A stretch of 63,025 nucleotides of DNA, the filler included. It is 5 parts of 5 records of this genome, joined end to end, with 100 filler letters (N's around TTAATTAATTAA, not from the genome) between each part and the next. Parts side by side here need not be neighbours in the genome. Positions count along the whole stretch, not along the records: positions 12,140 to 20,790 come from SRR20825010_1542; positions 20,891 to 31,523 come from SRR20825010_1543; 3 more parts are not named here. The stretch is one strand, 5' to 3'. Each line of letters starts with the position of its first letter. The first letter of the stretch is position 1. A program made the translations under genes and the position numbers. The notes below the pieces were generated by a model. It was not told the origin of the DNA, ran no database searches, and worked only from the letters and a program-made list of their open reading frames with translations. Positions 17,028-26,649 of this stretch are shown here, one piece after another.

Positions 17028-19496
17028 ATGCACTTTATAGATGTAGTTTTACCGATTCCGTTAGAAAAAACATTTACTTATGTTGTTTCAGAAAAGGAAG
17101 CTTCTTTTTTAAAAACGGGAATGCGGGTAGCGGTTCCTTTTGGTAAAACCAAAATCTATACAGCGTTAGTGTATAGAGTGCATCAAACGCTTCCAGAGAC
17201 CTATGTTCCGAAAGAAATAGATCAGATTTTAGATGAAGCACCTATAATTTCTGAAAAGCAATTGAAGGAGTGGGAGTGGATAGCATCCTATTATATGTGT
17301 TCGTTAGGAGAGGTTTTTAAAGCTGCAGTTCCTTCTGCTTTTTTGCTAGAAAGTGAAACGCTAATTCTTAAAAATGAAAGTTTTAATATAGGCGAAGAAA
17401 ATAGTTTGGCTGATGATGAATGGTTGGTTTATGACGCGCTTCAGCATCAATCAATGCTAAAAGTGCAGGAGGTGAGTAGTATTATTGATCGGAAGAATAT
17501 TCTTCCTGTACTCAAAAGACTTCTAGAAAAAAATGTAATTCATCTAAAAGAAGAAGTTTACGAGCAATACAAGCCAAAATTAGTGCGCTATATAAAATTG
17601 GGGAATGCGTATACTTCTGATGAAAAGTTAAGCGAATTATTAGCCTCTTTATCAAATAGAGCTCATAAGCAGCGAGAGGTGATAATGACCCTTTTTTCTA
17701 TGGAAGCTACTACAAATAAGTCTATTAAAGTAAAGGATTTAGAGGAAAAAAGTGGTGCATCTTCCGCAGTGGTAAAAACATTGATTGAGAAAAGTATTTT
17801 AGAAGAATATCACCTTCAGCAAGATCGGATTCAATATGAAGGGGATAAAGTTTCTAGCTTGAAAGATTTAAATGAATATCAAGCATCCGCATTAACCAAA
17901 ATCAATAATCATTTTAAAACCGATGAGGTTGTTTTGTTGCATGGTGTTACTTCTTCTGGAAAAACAGAAGTGTACGTCAAACTGATAGAGAAAGTAATAA
18001 ATGAAGGAAAGCAGGTGTTGTATTTATTGCCAGAAATAGCACTTACAACGCAGCTTATAAAGCGCTTGCAGGATTATTTTGGAGAGAAGGTGAGTGTGTA
18101 CCATTCTAAATATTCGGTTAATGAGCGGGTGGAAGTGTGGAATAATATATTGAAATCGGTTTCCAGGGCGCAGATTGTAATTGGAGCGCGTTCTGCAGTT
18201 TTATTACCGTTTTCCAATTTAGGATTGGTTATTGTGGATGAAGAGCATGAGGTTTCTTTTAAGCAATTTGATCCAGCGCCACGTTATCATGCACGAGATA
18301 CTGCTATTGTTTTGGCAAGTTTACATAAAGCTAAAACCTTACTTGGAACAGCTACGCCAAGTATAGAAAGTTTTTACAATACCAAAATTGGGAAGTATAA
18401 GTTAGTAGAAATAAATAGGCGTTACGGAAATGTATTGATGCCAGATATTGAACTTACAGATATTAAAGAAAAGCATCGAAAAAAACGAATGACGGGTCAT
18501 TTTTCAGATCGGTTAATCGAGGCTATGCAAGAAGCTATAGAAGAAGGAGAGCAGATTATCCTTTTTCAAAATAGAAGAGGTTATGCACCTATTTTAGAAT
18601 GTAATACTTGCGGGCACTCGCCACAATGCCCTAATTGTGATGTAAGTTTAACGTACCATCAATATAAAAATCAGTTACGCTGTCATTATTGTGGGTATGC
18701 TATGGCTAAGCAACTTGCATGTGGAGCTTGTGGGAGTAGTGAGTTAGATACCAAAGGTTTTGGTACAGAACAGATTGAGGCAGAACTAAAAGAAATATTT
18801 CCGAAGTTAAAAATTGGGAGAATGGATTCCGATACTACCCGAGGAAAATATGGTTATGAAAAAATAATTACTGCTTTTGAGCAGCAAGAAATAGATATTT
18901 TGGTAGGAACACAAATGCTTACTAAAGGACTAGATTTTCGGAATGTTAGTTTAGTGGGAGTAATGAATGCCGATAATTTATTGAATTTCCCCGATTTTAG
19001 AGCTCATGAAAGAAGTTTTCAGTTGATACAACAAGTTTCTGGAAGGGCAGGGCGAACCAAAAAAAGAGGAAAAGTTATTATTCAAACTTACAATCCCTTT
19101 CATCAAGTTTTACAGCAAGCTTCATTGAATAGGTATGAAGAATTATTTACGGATCAAGTTAATGAAAGACGACAATTTAAATATCCGCCTTTTACAAGAA
19201 TTATAAAAATTGTTTTTAAAAATAAAGACTATAATAAGGTAAACGAAGCTAGTAGTTGGTATGCTAAAGCCCTGCATACTGTTTTTGATAGTTATACGAA
19301 GACTGAAATTTTAGGTCCAGAGTTTCCGCCAGTTTCTCGTATTAGAAATGAATATTTAAAAAATATTGTTATTAAGGTGCCTCAAAATCAATCTACAAAA
19401 CAAACTAAAGATGCGTTGAGGAAAATTGATAAAACTTTTAATGCAATTGCTGCTTACAGAAGTGTAAGAATAATTTATAATGTAGACGCTTATTAA
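17028..19496 (+). CDS. priA: Primosomal protein N' (replication restart helicase)
   Basis: HGVTSSGKTEVY, VDEEHE, CxxC zinc motifs, QVSGRAGR; start likely ATG 17028 (MHFIDVVLP). Confidence 0.97.
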   Translation: MHFIDVVLPIPLEKTFTYVVSEKEASFLKTGMRVAVPFGKTKIYTALVYRVHQTLPETYVPKEIDQILDEAPIISEKQLKEWEWIASYYMCSLGEVFKAAVPSAFLLESETLILKNESFNIGEENSLADDEWLVYDALQHQSMLKVQEVSSIIDRKNILPVLKRLLEKNVIHLKEEVYEQYKPKLVRYIKLGNAYTSDEKLSELLASLSNRAHKQREVIMTLFSMEATTNKSIKVKDLEEKSGASSAVVKTLIEKSILEEYHLQQDRIQYEGDKVSSLKDLNEYQASALTKINNHFKTDEVVLLHGVTSSGKTEVYVKLIEKVINEGKQVLYLLPEIALTTQLIKRLQDYFGEKVSVYHSKYSVNERVEVWNNILKSVSRAQIVIGARSAVLLPFSNLGLVIVDEEHEVSFKQFDPAPRYHARDTAIVLASLHKAKTLLGTATPSIESFYNTKIGKYKLVEINRRYGNVLMPDIELTDIKEKHRKKRMTGHFSDRLIEAMQEAIEEGEQIILFQNRRGYAPILECNTCGHSPQCPNCDVSLTYHQYKNQLRCHYCGYAMAKQLACGACGSSELDTKGFGTEQIEAELKEIFPKLKIGRMDSDTTRGKYGYEKIITAFEQQEIDILVGTQMLTKGLDFRNVSLVGVMNADNLLNFPDFRAHERSFQLIQQVSGRAGRTKKRGKVIIQTYNPFHQVLQQASLNRYEELFTDQVNERRQFKYPPFTRIIKIVFKNKDYNKVNEASSWYAKALHTVFDSYTKTEILGPEFPPVSRIRNEYLKNIVIKVPQNQSTKQTKDALRKIDKTFNAIAAYRSVRIIYNVDAY

Positions 19497-20191
19497 GGCT
19501 GCTGACTACTAAGTGCTTCAGAAAGTTCTTGCTTTTTGTTTCTGCTTAAAGGAATTTGTGTTCCATTTACTTCCACATTTTTACTATTAAACTTTTCTAC
19601 TTTGTCTAAATTCACAATGTAAGATTTGTGAATTCTTAAGAAACGTTCCTGTGGGAGTTCTTTTTCAAAAGACTTCATTGTAGAAAGAATAACGATGTTA
19701 GCATCGTCGGTTACAAGTTTAATATAATCTCCTAAGGCTTCTACCCAGTTTATTTCATTTAAAAAAACTTTTCTTTTCTTTAAATTACTTTTCACAAAGA
19801 TATGATCGTCATCTTCTTTGGAAGCTACTTTTAATTTGAAGTTTTCCTGCGCTCTTTTAACAGATGCTTCGAAGCGTTCTTGTGTAATTGGTTTGTGGAG
19901 GTAATCGGTAACATCGTAATCAAAAGCTTTTAAGGCATATTGTGCGCTACCAGTAATTAAAATTACTTGGGGAGGCTCATTTAAAGCCTCTAATAAATCA
20001 AAACCATTTACTACTGGCATCTCAATATCTAAGAAAATGAGATCTATTGTTTGTTTTTTAAGTCCATTTCTGGCTTCAATAGCATTACTGTATTCCGCTA
20101 CTAAGTTTAGCATCGGATGGTTTTTTATTAACCTAGCAACCGACATACGTTGGATACTAGAGTCATCAACAATAATACAATTCATCTTCAT
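19493..20191 (-). CDS. LytR/AlgR family response regulator (orphan, no adjacent kinase)
   Basis: Receiver IIVDD, FLDIEMP, YLHKP; LytTR domain FLRIHKSYIVN, IPLSR. Confidence 0.93.
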   Translation of the reverse strand: MKMNCIIVDDSSIQRMSVARLIKNHPMLNLVAEYSNAIEARNGLKKQTIDLIFLDIEMPVVNGFDLLEALNEPPQVILITGSAQYALKAFDYDVTDYLHKPITQERFEASVKRAQENFKLKVASKEDDDHIFVKSNLKKRKVFLNEINWVEALGDYIKLVTDDANIVILSTMKSFEKELPQERFLRIHKSYIVNLDKVEKFNSKNVEVNGTQIPLSRNKKQELSEALSSQQP

Positions 20192-20363
20192 TTTTACAAA
20201 CTAGGTATATGGTTGGATAATATATAGTACAATTTTAGTGAAAAATTAGAGGTAAAACAAAAAAAATGTTGTCAAATACCTTATTTTTGTGGCTTAGAGG
20301 GGAAAATCATCCTTCTTTTATCGAAATAACCAAGAGAGGTTTTTTTATTAAAATAATTAATTG

Positions 20364-20371
20364 TACTTTTG
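20364..20371 (+). promoter_or_regulatory. Bacteroidota -7 promoter element of rpsF-rpsR
   Basis: TACTTTTG about 30 nt upstream of ATG 20402. Confidence 0.65.
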
Positions 20372-20401
20372 CACCCTTAAAAATTAATAATAATATAAGT
20401 T

Positions 20402-20740
20402 ATGAATCATTACGAAACTGTTTTCATTCTTAATCCCGTTTTATCTGAGACTCAGATAAAGGAAACAGTTAAGAAGTTTGAAGATTTCTTAACCTCTAAA
20501 GGGGCAGAGTTTGTATCTAAAGAAGATTGGGGGCTAAAAAAATTAGCGTACCCTATCCAGAACAAAAAAAGTGGATTCTACCACCTTTTTGAATTTCAAG
20601 TTGCTGGAGAAGCAATTGAGCCTTTTGAATTAGAATTTAGACGCGACGAGCGTGTAATGCGTTATTTAACTGTTAAGTTAGACAAACACGCTATCGCTTG
20701 GGCAGAAAAAAGAAGAACAAAACTTAAACAAAAAGCTTAG
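20402..20740 (+). CDS. rpsF: 30S ribosomal protein bS6
   Basis: MNHYETVFILNP, WGLKKLAYPI, GFYHL. Confidence 0.98.
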   Translation: MNHYETVFILNPVLSETQIKETVKKFEDFLTSKGAEFVSKEDWGLKKLAYPIQNKKSGFYHLFEFQVAGEAIEPFELEFRRDERVMRYLTVKLDKHAIAWAEKRRTKLKQKA

Positions 20741-20745
20741 TAATT

Positions 20746-20790
20746 ATGTCATCTATAGAGCAACAAGCAAAAGGAAAAAAAGACGGAGAG
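20746..20790 (+). CDS. rpsR: 30S ribosomal protein bS18, 5' fragment cut by contig end
   Basis: MSSIEQQAKGKKDGE directly after rpsF, the Flavobacteriaceae bS18 N-terminus. Confidence 0.8.
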
Positions 20791-20890
20791 NNNNNNNNNN
20801 NNNNNNNNNNNNNNNNNNNNNNNNNNNNNNNNNNTTAATTAATTAANNNNNNNNNNNNNNNNNNNNNNNNNNNNNNNNNNNNNNNNNNNN
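20791..20890. other. Artificial contig linker
   Basis: N44-TTAATTAATTAA-N44. Confidence 0.98.
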
Positions 20891-20892
20891 AT

Positions 20893-21384
20893 TCTATCGT
20901 AACACTTGATTTAACAATCAACACTCCTGATGTTACTGTTACTACAAATGACCCAAGTATTACCGCCAATGCAGTAAATGCAACTTACCAATGGATCGAT
21001 TGTTCAAATAACAGCGACATCGTTGGTGCAACAAGTTCAACCTTCACAGCAACTCAAAATGGTTCTTACGCCGTAAAAGTGACGGAAAATGGTTGTACAA
21101 GCACATCCTTATGTGTTTCTATTGTAACTGTTAGTTTAGAAGAAACGGTTTTTGAAGACATTAAAATCTATCCAAACCCAAACAGTGGTCAATTCACAAT
21201 TAGCTTAGGAGATATAGAGCATCCTGCAATATCTATTTACACAGTTGACGGCAAGTTGGTTTATCTTCAAGAAGAAGTGAATGAGCAAAATGTATCAATT
21301 GAATTACTAGATGAACCAGGGGTATATTTCATTACAATCTCAAAAGGCGAATACAATTACAGTACAAAAGTTATCGTTCAGTAG
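20893..21384 (+). CDS. T9SS type A sorting domain-containing secreted protein, 3' part
   Basis: Frame open from contig start (SIVTLDLTIN...YQWIDC...GSYAVKVTENGC); CTD IYPNP..G.F, GVYFI, KVIVQ. Confidence 0.88.
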   Translation, partial: SIVTLDLTINTPDVTVTTNDPSITANAVNATYQWIDCSNNSDIVGATSSTFTATQNGSYAVKVTENGCTSTSLCVSIVTVSLEETVFEDIKIYPNPNSGQFTISLGDIEHPAISIYTVDGKLVYLQEEVNEQNVSIELLDEPGVYFITISKGEYNYSTKVIVQ

Positions 21385-21408
21385 AACGATAGAAGTCAAA
21401 TAATAATA

Positions 21409-21442
21409 AAAGAAAGCCGTTAAGCAATTAGCGGCTTTCTTT
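21409..21442 (+). terminator. Rho-independent terminator
   Basis: AAAGAAAGCCGTTAA-loop-TTAGCGGCTTTCTTT. Confidence 0.85.
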
Positions 21443-21617
21443 GTATTTCACGATCTGGATCGATTCATTGTTTTCTTGATTAATTATGAATGAATCGAAT
21501 TGTTTCTGATACATTTTCTTTTCTTTACACAGAATTGGTAGATCGAGAATAACAGTATGAATCTCGTTTACCCATTTTTTAAAATGTTCTGATCGAAACA
21601 GTTTAAAGAGGATTAAA

Positions 21618-22007
21618 ATGGAACAAACACCCGAGGAAAGGAAAGCATTCTTAGCTGAACTAAATGAAATTGCGACCTACACAGGAACCATTTTGCACGG
21701 TGATGATCTCACAAAAGTCCGTGTTAAACAGCTGAAAAAGTACTTCAACAAGACATATAAAATGTTACTCAGGATTTCCTTAATCAAAGGAGATATTACG
21801 CACAATTCGTTCAAATATGGATACGGGGGGAAAATTCTCTGCAGAAAAGTACTTTTGGAAATGAAAATCATCGAAAAACAGCTCAACCCAGAAAGAGCCG
21901 TAAGCTATAACCTTCTCATTCACCCAAGTGAGATTACACTCGAATTGGTTTCTCGAATCATCGTTGAAGTGTATCTCATGAGAAATGAAATTCAACCCCT
22001 CGATTAA
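21618..22007 (+). CDS. Hypothetical protein (129 aa, no recognised family)
   Basis: ATG preceded by AGAGG and an A-rich tract; plausible basic soluble protein; no motif recognised. Confidence 0.55.
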   Translation: MEQTPEERKAFLAELNEIATYTGTILHGDDLTKVRVKQLKKYFNKTYKMLLRISLIKGDITHNSFKYGYGGKILCRKVLLEMKIIEKQLNPERAVSYNLLIHPSEITLELVSRIIVEVYLMRNEIQPLD

Positions 22008-22085
22008 ACTTTAGTATATCTTATTTCTCGAAATGTTAAAAAATCTATAATTATCTACCATGTATTTTATTGGTAAGATAAATAG

Positions 22086-22102
22086 TTAGTTTTGCGAACT
22101 AA
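22086..22102. promoter_or_regulatory. Inverted repeat overlapping the -7 element; candidate MarR operator
   Basis: TTAGTT-ttgcg-AACTAA overlaps TAGTTTTG (22087-22094); second IR TTATCTACCA..TGGTAAGATAA at 22051-22081. Confidence 0.55.
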
Positions 22103-22113
22103 TATTCAACAGA

Positions 22114-22560
22114 ATGGAATTTTTATCCCTAGGAAAATGTTTTTCAGTGCTCTTCAAAAGGTACACAGGTGCGCTTTCAGTCAAAATGGAAGGGACACCA
22201 ATTGAAAAATATTTTGTTCCCTTTCATGTAATCGCAAGAAATCACGGAGAAATAAATCAGTGTCAACTTGGTGAAATACTACTAATCGACAAAGCAACGA
22301 TGGTGCGAGTCATTGATACTTTGAGTGAAAATGGAATGATTCTCCGTGAGGTAAACCCAACAGATCGCAGAGGTTATTTGCTGAAAGTGACGGAAGAAGG
22401 TGAAAAATGGGCTGAATATACGCGTCAATGCATTACTGAAGTCAACGATGTTTTTTTAGCTTTTCTTCCAGAAGACCAACGACTCCAGTTTATCGATAGT
22501 CTATTACTCATGACGGACTCTGTAATGGAGTATCCCGTTCAACCACAACAAGAATTTTAA
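22114..22560 (+). CDS. MarR family transcriptional regulator
   Basis: IDKATMVRVIDTLSENGMILREVNPTDRR; heads the efflux operon. Confidence 0.88.
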   Translation: MEFLSLGKCFSVLFKRYTGALSVKMEGTPIEKYFVPFHVIARNHGEINQCQLGEILLIDKATMVRVIDTLSENGMILREVNPTDRRGYLLKVTEEGEKWAEYTRQCITEVNDVFLAFLPEDQRLQFIDSLLLMTDSVMEYPVQPQQEF

Positions 22561-22564
22561 GAAT

Positions 22565-23587
22565 ATGAAAAAAGTTATTTTACTCGCCATTCTCGGTTTA
22601 GTTGGCTGTTCCGAAAATAAAGAGGACGCACAGACGGGTGCAAGACCAACTCCAAAAGTGGATGTTTTTGAGTTAACTCCTCAAAAGATCACCAGAATTA
22701 TTGACGTGCCAGGGTCTGTTATTCCTTCCGAAGAAATAATGCTCTTCAGTGAAGTAAGTGGACGTGTCGATAAAATTATGTTCACCGAAGGACAAAAAGT
22801 AACGAAGGGACAAACGCTTTTAACTGTGGATACCGATATTCTTAAAGCACAGCGGAGACAGTTGGCAGTAGATTTGGCGCTCGCAGAAAAAGACGAAAAG
22901 CGAAAAAAGGAATTGCTGAATGTGAAGGCTATTTCTACCGAAGAATTTGAAAAATCCGCGTCTGCATTAGCTTCTATCCAGGCACAAATCGGACTCATTG
23001 ACACCCAAATTTCTAAAGCAACCGTTCGGGCTCCATTCTCTGGTACAATCGGACTGCGACAAATAAGTGAAGGAGCTGTAATTTCTGCTACAACTCCCAT
23101 TGCAAAGCTCATTCAAACAAATCCAGTTAAAATTGAGTTCTCCATTCCTGAAATGTACGCCCCTCTTCTCAAAGTTGGACAGGATATCACCTTTAATAGA
23201 GAAAAAGATTCGACTATTTATCACGCGGCAGTGTACGCTTTTGAACCTTCCATTGATGAAGGAACGAGAATGTTGAAAACGCGGGCACTCATGCAAAATA
23301 CACAGCAGCTATTCCCAGGTTCATTCGTGCAAGTGCGTGTCAATCTAGGTGATGAGCTCAATGTATTTATGGTTCCAGCCGAAAGCATTATTCCTATTCT
23401 CAAGGGACAGAAAATTTATGTTATTAGAGAAGGAAAAGTAGCCGAGGTGAAAGTTCAAACGGGAATTCGTACGGCAGATAAAGTGGAGATCAAAGGTGAA
23501 ATCAAAACAGGAGATCAATTACTAATTTCTGGATTGCTTGCTGTTAGAGCTGGAATGCCTGTTAACATTAAAAGCGTTACTAAATGA
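22565..23587 (+). CDS. RND efflux periplasmic adaptor (membrane fusion lipoprotein)
   Basis: Lipobox LVGC, SEVSGRV..EGQKV.KGQ, RAPFSGTIG, PGSFV. Confidence 0.93.
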   Translation: MKKVILLAILGLVGCSENKEDAQTGARPTPKVDVFELTPQKITRIIDVPGSVIPSEEIMLFSEVSGRVDKIMFTEGQKVTKGQTLLTVDTDILKAQRRQLAVDLALAEKDEKRKKELLNVKAISTEEFEKSASALASIQAQIGLIDTQISKATVRAPFSGTIGLRQISEGAVISATTPIAKLIQTNPVKIEFSIPEMYAPLLKVGQDITFNREKDSTIYHAAVYAFEPSIDEGTRMLKTRALMQNTQQLFPGSFVQVRVNLGDELNVFMVPAESIIPILKGQKIYVIREGKVAEVKVQTGIRTADKVEIKGEIKTGDQLLISGLLAVRAGMPVNIKSVTK

Positions 23588-26500
23588 ATATAGCATCACT
23601 ATCCATCAATCGCCCTGTCCTCGCAACAGTTCTTTCGATCATTGTTGTGATTTTTGGAGTGATTGGATTCAATTATTTGGGAGTTCGAGAGTTTCCTTCA
23701 GTTGATCCTCCAATTATTACAGTCACCACAAATTATACTGGTGCCAACGCCGATGTAATTGAATCGCAAATTACAGAGCCGCTGGAAGAATCCATTAACG
23801 GTGTTGCAGGAATTCGAACTATGAGTTCTGTAAGCTCCGACGGAAGAAGTACAATTACTGTCGAATTCGACCTTTCACTCGATTTGGACGCAGCCGCTAA
23901 TGACGTTCGTGATAAAGTTTCTGGTGCCGTTCGGAAATTGCCAGAAAATGCCGACCCACCGATTGTTGCAAAATCTGACGCGGATGCCGAAACCATTTTT
24001 TCACTCACCGTTCAAAGCGATAAACGAACCCTGCTTCAATTAACAGATTTAGGAACGAACGTCTTTAAAGAACGACTGCAAACAATTAAAGGAATCAGTG
24101 AAATCAGAATCTGGGGAGAGAAATTGTACTCCATGAAGTTGAATCTCAATCCTCAAAAACTAGCGGGATACGGTTTAACAGCAAGAGACGTTAGAAATGC
24201 CTTAACCGCACAAAACGTCGAACTTCCCTCAGGAAGAATTGAAGGAGACAATGTTGAATTAACCATCAGAACATTCGGTCGATTAACAGAGGAAGCAGAC
24301 TTCAACAATTTGATAATCGCCAACGTTGGAGACCAAATTATAAAGTTAAAAGACGTTGGAGAGGCAACACTTGCTCCCCAAAACGAGCGTACCTTACTTC
24401 GTGGAAACCACGGAATTCCAATGATAGGAATCGCTGTAAATCCACAACCTGGCTCCAATTACATAGAGATCGTTGACGAGATTTACAAGAAAGTAGAAGA
24501 AATCAAAAAAGACCTTCCAGATGACATCGAATTGGGTGTCGCACTCGATTCAACAATCAACATCCGAAAGGCTATTTCTGAAGTAGAAGAAACCGTGTTA
24601 ATTGCTTTTGGACTCGTGGTCCTCATCATATTTCTTTTCTTGCGCGATTGGCGTACAACACTCATTCCAATCATTGCCATTCCAATTTCATTGATCGCCT
24701 CCTTTTTCGTCATGTACATCTCAGGATTTTCAATCAATATCCTAACCCTCTTGGCGATCGTTTTAGCAACCGGATTAGTGGTCGATGATGCCATTGTTGT
24801 AATGGAGAACATTTATACAAAAGTGGAAGATGGAATGAATCCGAAGGAAGCCGCGCACCGTGGTTCAAAGGAAATTATCTTCGCCGTTATTTCAACGACC
24901 ATTACGCTTACAGCGGTATTTCTTCCTGTAATTTTCCTCGAAGGATTAACAGGTCGATTATTCAGAGAATTTGGAGTGGTAGTTGCAGGTTCGGTGGTCA
25001 TTTCCGCCTTCATTTCCCTCACGCTCACACCAATGATGAGTTCCAAACTCCTCAAGAAATCAGAAAAGCATAATTTCCTTTACCGCGCAACAGAAAAATT
25101 CTTTGTTGGACTGATCTCTGGTTACCGTAAACTGCTCACGCGCTTCATGCGTCGAGCGTGGTTGTCTTTCCTATTAATGGGAGTTTCCATTTACCTCATT
25201 TTTGGACTCGGAAGCACTTTGCAATCCGAACTTGCTCCTTTGGAAGACAAAGGAAGAATAAGAATTGTGTCTAGCGCACCCGAAGGAACTTCCTACGACA
25301 GAATGGACGAGTATCAGCAGCAGATCATCAATTTAACTGATACATTACCTGAAACGGAATCGTTGCTTTCGGTGACTTCTCCGGGTTTTGGTTCATCCAT
25401 TTCTGTAAACACTGGATTTGTGCGAGTAACGCTGAAGCCGAAAAGTGAACGAACTCGTTCCCAACAAGAGGTCGTTGATGCCTTGATGCCAAAACTCGCA
25501 GAAAACAATTTTGCACGTTCATTTATTGTCCAAGAACAAACTATAGGTGGAGGACGCGGCGCTGGACTTCCTGTTCAGTTTGTGCTCCAAGCGCCTAACT
25601 TGGAAAAGATGAAGGAAATTCTTCCTCAATTCATGCAGAAAGCTTCAGAAAACCCCACGTTCAAAGTAGTGGACGTTGATTTGAAGTTCAATAAACCGGA
25701 ATTACAAGTCGTTATTAACCGCGAGAAAGCGAGTTTAATGGGCGTGAATGTAATCGACGTGGCGGAGACCATGCAGCTTTATTTCTCTGGACAGCGATTT
25801 GGTTATTTCATTAAAGATGGAAAGCAATACGATGTGATCGGTCAGGCAGCCAAAGAAAAACGCGATGAACCAGCCGATCTGAAAGAAATTCACGTGAGAA
25901 ATAAAGATGGAATGTTAATTCCTATTGATAACGTGGTAGATGTAGTGGAAGAATCAAGTCCGCCCCAGTTGTACCGATACAATCGCTACGTTTCTGCTAC
26001 TGTTTCTGCGGATCCTGCGGACGGAATGACCATCGGGAATGGAATCGATGCAATGAACGAAATAGCAAAGGAAGTGTTACCAGAAGGGTTTTCAACCTCG
26101 CTTTCGGGAACTTCAAAAGAGTTTTCTGAAAGTGGAAGTAGTTTGGTTTTCGCCTTCCTACTCGCATTGATATTGGTGTATCTCGTCCTCGCTGCTCAAT
26201 TTGAAAGCTTCGCTGATCCCTTGATCATCATGTTTACGGTTCCTCTTGCATTGGCGGGAGCGGTTCTTTCTCTTTGGATGTTCGACCAAACGCTTAATAT
26301 TTTCTCGGAGATCGGGATAATTGTCTTAGTAGGATTGGTTACCAAAAATGGAATTTTGATCGTAGAGTTTGCCAATCAGCGGAAACAACAGGGATTAAGT
26401 GTGAAAGAAGCAATTATTGATGCAGCTTCTCAACGTTTCAGACCTATTTTGATGACTTCGCTCGCAACGATTCTTGGAGCACTTCCGATTGCATTGGCGT

Positions 26501-26649
26501 TAGGAGATGCTTCTACTAGTCGAATTCCAATGGGAATTTCAATCGTCGGTGGATTGGCATTTTCGCTTATTCTAACGCTGTTCGTTATTCCAGGGCTCTA
26601 CATTTACATTACGTCGAAAAAGATTAAAGAAAAAAATGTTACATACTAA
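23584..26649 (+). CDS. RND efflux permease (AcrB/MdtB-like, HAE1)
   Basis: SINRPV, GLVVDDAIVVMENI, GRLFREF, KNGILIVEFAN, RFRPILMT. Confidence 0.96.
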   Translation: MNIASLSINRPVLATVLSIIVVIFGVIGFNYLGVREFPSVDPPIITVTTNYTGANADVIESQITEPLEESINGVAGIRTMSSVSSDGRSTITVEFDLSLDLDAAANDVRDKVSGAVRKLPENADPPIVAKSDADAETIFSLTVQSDKRTLLQLTDLGTNVFKERLQTIKGISEIRIWGEKLYSMKLNLNPQKLAGYGLTARDVRNALTAQNVELPSGRIEGDNVELTIRTFGRLTEEADFNNLIIANVGDQIIKLKDVGEATLAPQNERTLLRGNHGIPMIGIAVNPQPGSNYIEIVDEIYKKVEEIKKDLPDDIELGVALDSTINIRKAISEVEETVLIAFGLVVLIIFLFLRDWRTTLIPIIAIPISLIASFFVMYISGFSINILTLLAIVLATGLVVDDAIVVMENIYTKVEDGMNPKEAAHRGSKEIIFAVISTTITLTAVFLPVIFLEGLTGRLFREFGVVVAGSVVISAFISLTLTPMMSSKLLKKSEKHNFLYRATEKFFVGLISGYRKLLTRFMRRAWLSFLLMGVSIYLIFGLGSTLQSELAPLEDKGRIRIVSSAPEGTSYDRMDEYQQQIINLTDTLPETESLLSVTSPGFGSSISVNTGFVRVTLKPKSERTRSQQEVVDALMPKLAENNFARSFIVQEQTIGGGRGAGLPVQFVLQAPNLEKMKEILPQFMQKASENPTFKVVDVDLKFNKPELQVVINREKASLMGVNVIDVAETMQLYFSGQRFGYFIKDGKQYDVIGQAAKEKRDEPADLKEIHVRNKDGMLIPIDNVVDVVEESSPPQLYRYNRYVSATVSADPADGMTIGNGIDAMNEIAKEVLPEGFSTSLSGTSKEFSESGSSLVFAFLLALILVYLVLAAQFESFADPLIIMFTVPLALAGAVLSLWMFDQTLNIFSEIGIIVLVGLVTKNGILIVEFANQRKQQGLSVKEAIIDAASQRFRPILMTSLATILGALPIALALGDASTSRIPMGISIVGGLAFSLILTLFVIPGLYIYITSKKIKEKNVTY

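Noticed and set aside
20372-20401. S6:S18 ribosomal leader RNA upstream of rpsF
   Set aside because: Leader is only about 25-30 nt of A/T-rich sequence with no stem I can support.
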